Source: a virus
Taxonomy: Duplodnaviria; Caudoviricetes
Virus record (IMG/VR): IMGVR_UViG_3300049183_000008
Coordinates: 1-28,075 of that record
Strand: one strand, 5' to 3'
Length of the DNA: 28,075 bases
The notes under the pieces were generated by a model. The model was not told where the DNA came from, ran no database searches, and was given only the letters and a program-made list of their open reading frames with translations. The stretch's first letter is position 1. Every line of letters starts with the position of its first letter. Shown piece by piece: positions 23,636 through 28,075 of the stretch. The position numbers and the translations under genes are program-made.

Positions 23636-24334
23636 GTGGCGCTACCCGCGATCGGCGCGCTGGGCACCAACGTTGAGACCACGGGCACGACCATCAACAT
23701 CCCGCTCCCTGCCGGTGTGGTAGCAGACAAGGGCGTACTGGCGCTCCTCTTTCTCGACAGCACGGCGCAGACCCTGACGTGGCCGGGCGGCTGGGTGGAG
23801 GCTGAAAACAGCCCCGTCAACGTCAGCCCCACGAGCCACGGGCTGCACGTGGCCTGGCACAGGGCCGCCGGCAGCGAGTCCGGCAACGTCAGCCCCACCT
23901 GGGGCAGTTCGACGTTCGCCGCCGCTTTCACCGCCCGGGTTGACAGCATGGTGACCTCGGGGACTCCCTTCGATTCCCCAACTGGGTCGGCGCATTCCGC
24001 AGGCGCGAGCGTCACGGTTTCACCCACGGTGAGCACCACATCGCTGGGCGCGGACCGTCTGCTGATTCACGTTGCCACGAACTGGTCCGGCGGCACGTGG
24101 ACCGCCGATACGTCGCCGGCGTTCACCAAGCAGCAGCAGTCCCTCGAGAACGTCATGGTGCTGTGCACCCGGGACCAGGCCGGCGCCGGTGGCTCCGGGA
24201 ACGTCGAGGCGACCTGTACGGGTAGCGACAAGTCCACTGCCTGGCTCGGCGCCCTGATCGGCACGACCGGCGTCGCGGCTACGTCCCTGATCATTCCCCG
24301 CCGGCCACGGATCGGCGCCCTGCTCGACCTGTGA
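23636..24334 (+). CDS. Ser/Thr/Gly-rich beta-sandwich structural (fibre/spike) protein
   Basis: IPLPAGV...G..ALL, LTWPGGW, VAWHRA.GSE, GTPFD pattern of phage fibre-tip domains. Confidence 0.68.
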   Translation: MALPAIGALGTNVETTGTTINIPLPAGVVADKGVLALLFLDSTAQTLTWPGGWVEAENSPVNVSPTSHGLHVAWHRAAGSESGNVSPTWGSSTFAAAFTARVDSMVTSGTPFDSPTGSAHSAGASVTVSPTVSTTSLGADRLLIHVATNWSGGTWTADTSPAFTKQQQSLENVMVLCTRDQAGAGGSGNVEATCTGSDKSTAWLGALIGTTGVAATSLIIPRRPRIGALLDL

Positions 24335-24343
24335 GGAGAACCC

Positions 24344-24826
24344 ATGGCCGCCCAGCGCGGGGTCTATACCGTCGTCTTCGACCAGCAGACCATCGCCGCC
24401 GCATCCGGCGACTACGACCTGTTCGAGCTCGTGCCCGCCGACGACAAGCCGATCGAGATCGTCGCGATCTCCCTGGGCAACAAGTCCGAGGTCGGTGACG
24501 CGCAGGACGAGATGCTCGCCATCTCCATCGTCCGCGGCAACACCACGTCCAGCAACGGCACCGCCACCACGCCGCAGCCACTTGACCCATCCGATGGTGC
24601 GGCGTCCTTCACGGCGGAGACTGTCGGCTCAACGGTGGCCACCGCCGGTACCTCGGTGAACCTGATCGTCGACACTTTCAACGTGCGCGCGGGCTACCCG
24701 CTCGTGCTCCCGGAAGTGATGCGGCCGAAGGTGTCTCAGGCGAACACCGGCATGTACGTCCGGCTGACCGCCGCTGCCGCCGACGACCTGACCCTGTCCG
24801 GCACCCTCTGGGTTCGCGAGCTGTGA
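24344..24826 (+). CDS. Jelly-roll-like structural protein (fibre/decoration module)
   Basis: GAGGAG RBS; 160 aa beta-rich, ends LSGTLWVREL. Confidence 0.7.
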   Translation: MAAQRGVYTVVFDQQTIAAASGDYDLFELVPADDKPIEIVAISLGNKSEVGDAQDEMLAISIVRGNTTSSNGTATTPQPLDPSDGAASFTAETVGSTVATAGTSVNLIVDTFNVRAGYPLVLPEVMRPKVSQANTGMYVRLTAAAADDLTLSGTLWVREL

Positions 24827-24830
24827 TCTG

Positions 24831-25745
24831 ATGCCGCTGTTCGCCGGCGATCCGGTCTACAGCGCCCTTCCCCGCCGCCGCTCCGTCCCGTCCGTCACCT
24901 CAAGCGGGCAGGTCACGCCCGAAGGCGGCGTCTCGGCTTTGGGCCTGGCCGGATCGGGGACCGCCGTCAAGGTGGCGGTCGAACGCGGCACAGGTGCGGT
25001 CGGGCTCGCCGCTCAGGGGACGGCGAAGAAGGTTGCTATCGTTGCCGGCGTCTGCTCGCTCGGCCTGGCGGGAACGGGCGCCGCCCGCAAGGTGGCTCCG
25101 GCAGCGGGGGCTGCAGTTCTCGGCCTTTCGGCCGCGGGAACCGAAAAGAAGGTCGCATCCACCGCCGGGCTCAGCGCGATGGGCCTGACGTCTACGGCAA
25201 CACCACGCAAGACGGCGATCTCCAGGGGCGCCGCAACGCTAGGAATAGCCAGCTCGGGCATCGCCGGCAAGAAGACCGCCCAAGCCGGCGTGTCCGCACT
25301 CGGCCTGGGCGGGTCCTACTCCGCGTCGATCACGCGCGCCGTTGCTGGAATCTGCACGGTCGGGCTCACGGGAACAGGCTCCGGTCGGAAGGTCACACCG
25401 CAACTCGGATTAATCCCGCTCGGCTTGGCCGGCAGGGGCACAGCGAAGAAGCTGGTCCCGCAGGCGGGCCTCGTCGCCCTCGGCCTGATTGGCACCGGCC
25501 GAAACACCCGCAGGGCACTGGTCGGCGGGTATTGCGCCGTGCTGCTCGCCGCCGCGGCTGTCGAGCAGAAGTCGGCCCGACAGGGCGGGAACGTCGCGAT
25601 CCTGCTGACGAGCCAGGGCACATCCGCGCCCGCTCTTCCCTGGCCGCCGAGCGCCGACCCTCCAACAGTGCGCGCCGTTTACACCGCGGGCGCTCCGGTC
25701 GTAGCCGCCCGCTACACCGCCGATCCGCCGACGGTCACAGACTGA
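24831..25745 (+). CDS. Gly/Ala-rich 20-aa repeat fibre protein
   Basis: ~12 tandem repeats of xGxxxLGLxGxGxxxKxxxx. Confidence 0.72.
   Translation: MPLFAGDPVYSALPRRRSVPSVTSSGQVTPEGGVSALGLAGSGTAVKVAVERGTGAVGLAAQGTAKKVAIVAGVCSLGLAGTGAARKVAPAAGAAVLGLSAAGTEKKVASTAGLSAMGLTSTATPRKTAISRGAATLGIASSGIAGKKTAQAGVSALGLGGSYSASITRAVAGICTVGLTGTGSGRKVTPQLGLIPLGLAGRGTAKKLVPQAGLVALGLIGTGRNTRRALVGGYCAVLLAAAAVEQKSARQGGNVAILLTSQGTSAPALPWPPSADPPTVRAVYTAGAPVVAARYTADPPTVTD
24924..25628 (+). repeat. ~12 x 60-nt degenerate coding repeats
   Basis: GGVSALGLAGSGTAVKVAVE / RGTGAVGLAAQGTAKKVAIV / AGVCSLGLAGTGAARKVAPA ... strict 20-aa period. Confidence 0.8.
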
Positions 25746-25771
25746 CGGCTCATCGGATCACCCGGAAGGCG

Positions 25772-25803
25772 GGGATTCCTTCCACTCAACCGAAGGGAAT
25801 CCC
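25772..25803 (+). promoter_or_regulatory. Hairpin sequestering RBS of secreted-protein gene
   Basis: GGGATTCCTTC (25772-25782) pairs with GAAGGGAATCCC (25792-25803, one bulge) immediately before ATG 25804. Confidence 0.5.
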
Positions 25804-27036
25804 ATGTCCCGAGAACGTCTCGGCGCGCTTATCTCCATCGTCGTGGTCACCGTAGCGCTGGCCCTGGCCGCGATCGGCGCCTCATCGGCCACCGGCCCGG
25901 ACCCGGCTCCGAGGACCCAGGCGCTATCCCGTTCCTGCACCACCGACGCCTCCGGCTACTGCACGGTCACCCACACGCTGGGTGTGGTGCCGGAGGCTGC
26001 GGTGGTGACGCCGATCATCTCGGCGGGGTGGCTGGACTACCACCTGTCGGTGGTCGCTGGTTCTCTCACCGCCACATCGGTGCGGGTGCGGGCGATGCGC
26101 ACCGACACCTCCCCGCGGGCGAGTCTGCCGATTACGTTCAGCCTGGTGGTGTACGGCTCCGCGCCGGCACCGACGACCACGGTCCCGCCGACCACAACGA
26201 CGGCAGTCCCCACCACCACCCCGCCGGTCACCACGACGACGGTCACGCCTCCGCCGCCGAGCGGGTTCCCCACTCCCGCCTCCACGGGTGTCCCGGACGG
26301 CACGGTGTTCACCCGGTCGGTGGGTTACTACGAGGCCCGCACAGCCGGGGAGACGTTCGACCGGGTGCATTTCACCTCCGCGGTACTGGTCACGGCGCCC
26401 GGCGTGGTGATCACCAACAGCCAGGTGGACGACACCGTCGTTGTGGAGGGCTCCGGTTCGCTCACCATCACCGACTCGACCATCGGGCCGGAGTTGTGCG
26501 GAACCCCGAACTGGTACGCGGCGGCGCTCAACGGCGCTAACTACACGGCCACGCGCGTGGAAGTCCGCGGCCACGAGGATGACTTCAACGCCGGCGGACC
26601 GGACATCACCATCCGCGACTCCTACGCCAAGAACTGCGGTTCGGCCGACGCCCACGCCGACGGGGTTCAGGACTACCCGCGGGCGGAACGCCTAGTGGTG
26701 GACCACAACACGTTCGACCTCCGCGGCGTGGATGGGCAGAACGCGGCGGTGTTCGTGCACGCCAACCCTGTGTCCACGGACGTAATCATCACCCGTAACT
26801 TGGCGATGGGTGGAGCATTCACCTACTACCTGTGGCCCGGCGATGGCACCTGGACCGTCACCGGAAATCGAGCGGTAGACCGCACGACCGGAACATACGG
26901 CCCGTACGAAACTGAAAGCCGGTGCTCAGAGGTCGACTCCTGGTCAGACAATGACGTGGTGACGATCGACGGCAACTATCAGATCACCGCCACGGTCCGC
27001 GATGACGTGGCGTGCGACGCTGGTTCACGCTGGTAG
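25804..27036 (+). CDS. Secreted protein: signal peptide, lectin-like domain, Pro/Thr linker, right-handed beta-helix (pectate-lyase-like)
   Basis: MSRER+hydrophobic core+ASSA; THTLGVVP..TATSVRVR..ITFS; PTTTVPPTTTT linker; FPT..STGVP, TIRDSY, HADGVQ, HNTFD, ITRNL..GG. Confidence 0.78.
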   Translation: MSRERLGALISIVVVTVALALAAIGASSATGPDPAPRTQALSRSCTTDASGYCTVTHTLGVVPEAAVVTPIISAGWLDYHLSVVAGSLTATSVRVRAMRTDTSPRASLPITFSLVVYGSAPAPTTTVPPTTTTAVPTTTPPVTTTTVTPPPPSGFPTPASTGVPDGTVFTRSVGYYEARTAGETFDRVHFTSAVLVTAPGVVITNSQVDDTVVVEGSGSLTITDSTIGPELCGTPNWYAAALNGANYTATRVEVRGHEDDFNAGGPDITIRDSYAKNCGSADAHADGVQDYPRAERLVVDHNTFDLRGVDGQNAAVFVHANPVSTDVIITRNLAMGGAFTYYLWPGDGTWTVTGNRAVDRTTGTYGPYETESRCSEVDSWSDNDVVTIDGNYQITATVRDDVACDAGSRW

Positions 27037-27040
27037 TGCC

Positions 27041-27069
27041 CCCGCCGCTCACCCCCCCACTGCGGCGGG
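27041..27069. terminator. Putative bidirectional terminator between convergent genes
   Basis: CCCGCCGC / GCGGCGGG 8-bp stem between stops at 27036 (+) and 27071 (-). Confidence 0.5.
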
Positions 27070-27070
27070 T

Positions 27071-27319
27071 CTAGGCCTCCGACCTCCCCGGCTCCCCTGC
27101 TGCCGGGTCGAGGTCGGGGGCCTGCTTTGTCGTCTCTGGGATGAGTCGGCGCATGGGCTCGAGCACCAACCAGACGTAGCCCGCCGCGCCGCCGGTGACG
27201 GCGCACACGACGAGCCCGTAGAGGCCGCCGTAGAGCAGCGCGACACCGTCAACCAGCAGCAGGGCGACACCCACCCCGAACTGCTTCAGTCCTGGCCGTA
27301 GGCGCGGGCGAGATAGCAC
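27071..27319 (-). CDS. Small two-TM membrane protein
   Basis: GAGGGAG RBS, GTG start, two hydrophobic segments. Confidence 0.58.
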   Translation of the reverse strand: MLSRPRLRPGLKQFGVGVALLLVDGVALLYGGLYGLVVCAVTGGAAGYVWLVLEPMRRLIPETTKQAPDLDPAAGEPGRSEA

Positions 27320-27408
27320 GCGTCACACTCCCTCAACTGCCGAAGCATCGGTTCACGACAGGTGGGGCAGCGGCGGAAGAAGATCCAGCCCAGCAACTTC
27401 CCTAGCAT
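27286..27408 (-). CDS. 40-aa CxxC-x10-CxxC zinc-finger micro-protein
   Basis: MLGKLLGWIFFRRCPTCREPMLRQLRECDACYLARAYGQD; no clear RBS. Confidence 0.5.
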   Translation of the reverse strand: MLGKLLGWIFFRRCPTCREPMLRQLRECDACYLARAYGQD

Positions 27409-27455
27409 GGGTTGTTAGTCGCTGGATGCGGGTGGAATGTTGCAGGCCGCGATCA

Positions 27456-27578
27456 TCACTCGACCCGTGAGCTGATCATCTGATCACATTGGTTGCAATA
27501 CACCCCGACCGTCACGGTGCCGTCGGGGTTGCCTTCCGATGCTTCGTGGGTGCCGCCGTTGTGCTGGCAGTCGGCCAT
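27456..27578 (-). CDS. 40-aa CxH...CxxC zinc-ribbon micro-protein
   Basis: MADCQHNGGTHEASEGNPDGTVTVGVYCNQCDQMISSRVE; GAAGGGGA RBS; starts 1 nt after upstream stop. Confidence 0.65.
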   Translation of the reverse strand: MADCQHNGGTHEASEGNPDGTVTVGVYCNQCDQMISSRVE

Positions 27579-27579
27579 G

Positions 27580-27735
27580 TCAGTCCCCTTCGTTGCTGGT
27601 CAGCCATCCGGTCGGTTTGTTGTCGCACACCCGCTCATGCTCGCGTAGCGTGGCCATGTCGTTGGCTTGCCGCCTGCACCCCCACATGCACTGCCAGGGA
27701 TGGATCGGCGGCGGCGCGGGACGCGGATGGGCCAT
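27580..27735 (-). CDS. 51-aa C2HC zinc-finger micro-protein
   Basis: MAHPRPAPPPIHPWQCMWGCRRQANDMATLREHERVCDNKPTGWLTSNEGD (C-x3-C-x12-H-x3-C); GAGGT RBS. Confidence 0.62.
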   Translation of the reverse strand: MAHPRPAPPPIHPWQCMWGCRRQANDMATLREHERVCDNKPTGWLTSNEGD

Positions 27736-27739
27736 CGGG

Positions 27740-27976
27740 TTACCTCGGTCCGCCCAGGTCGAGGCGGGCTGGGGACGCAGCCGAGTCGCGTTCCGTTGCG
27801 TCCCCAGCCCTTGCCCCCTGCTCCAGGTCGTAGGACAACGTCGCCATGACCACCGACAGCCGGTGCCGGTCCTCGGCGCCGAGCTTGCCGGCCAGCAGGT
27901 CCGCCGCCACCACTCCCAGCGAGTCCTGCAAGGTCAGCAGGGCCGCGAACAGCCGGTCGTCTCCCTCGACCCTCAT
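27740..27976 (-). CDS. Hypothetical helical protein (78 aa)
   Basis: GC3-rich ORF, ATGA overlap with upstream frame, tightly packed with downstream micro-ORFs. Confidence 0.65.
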   Translation of the reverse strand: MRVEGDDRLFAALLTLQDSLGVVAADLLAGKLGAEDRHRLSVVMATLSYDLEQGARAGDATERDSAASPARLDLGGPR

Positions 27977-28074
27977 GACGTCGCCCCGGTGGACGTGGGC
28001 GAAGGGGACAGGTCCACGTCCACCGAGATGTGGAGCCCGGCGAGCACGGAGTCCGGGGGTTCCACTGTGCCCGC
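27973..28074 (-). CDS. Possible 3' end of a gene running off the window
   Basis: Open frame ...AGTVEPPDSVLAGLHISVDVDLSPSPTSTGATS* ending in ATGA overlap. Confidence 0.35.
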   Translation of the reverse strand, partial: AGTVEPPDSVLAGLHISVDVDLSPSPTSTGATS

Positions 28075-28075
28075 C

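Larger units (their letters stand above)
96..27036 (+). mobile_element. Actinobacterial siphovirus/prophage late (packaging, head, tail, lysis, accessory) region
   Basis: Contiguous co-oriented terminase-portal-protease-capsid-connector-tail tube-TMP-lysin-holin order; no sheath gene; no integrase/att visible in window. Confidence 0.95.

Noticed and set aside
16873-25745. Diversity-generating retroelement or invertible tail-fibre cassette
   Set aside because: No reverse transcriptase, invertase or TR/VR-like near-duplicate seen in the window
27341-27546. 11-bp inverted pair CGAAGCATCGG / CCGATGCTTCG ~185 nt apart
   Set aside because: Both copies lie in putative coding micro-ORFs; such a match is expected occasionally in 28 kb of high-GC DNA; no transposase or target duplication
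1-28075. CRISPR arrays, tRNA/rRNA, integrase/att sites, inteins or introns
   Set aside because: No repeat-spacer periodicity, RNA-gene signature, recombinase or splicing motifs recognised by eye

Overview
High-GC actinobacterial (probably Pseudonocardiales/non-mycolate; inference) temperate siphovirus late region, almost all on the + strand. Gene order: P27-type small terminase, large terminase, HK97-type portal, prohead protease and major capsid, three small head-associated genes, then a translationally coupled glycan-building cassette inside the morphogenesis operon. The cassette holds a two-domain GT-A glycosyltransferase, an NDP-sugar epimerase, a DUF616-like GT and a SAM O-methyltransferase, plus a CgeB-like GT-B just before the tail tube gene. 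Next come head-tail connector/terminator, tail tube, gp10-like, tail chaperones with a probable non-canonical -1 frameshift, tape measure, tail tip and lysis genes (DUF1906 endolysin, r1t holin). A second post-lysis fibre/appendage module and a secreted lectin-like/beta-helix protein follow, then a convergent minus-strand array of micro-ORFs, three with zinc-finger motifs. Most notable: (i) a likely complete virion-glycosylation pathway; (ii) a ~30-aa diverged copy of the phage's own portal segment inserted in-frame in the glycosyltransferase; (iii) a pseudoknot-like RNA leader directly upstream of that cassette. Family assignments come from motif recognition and synteny, not database searches.
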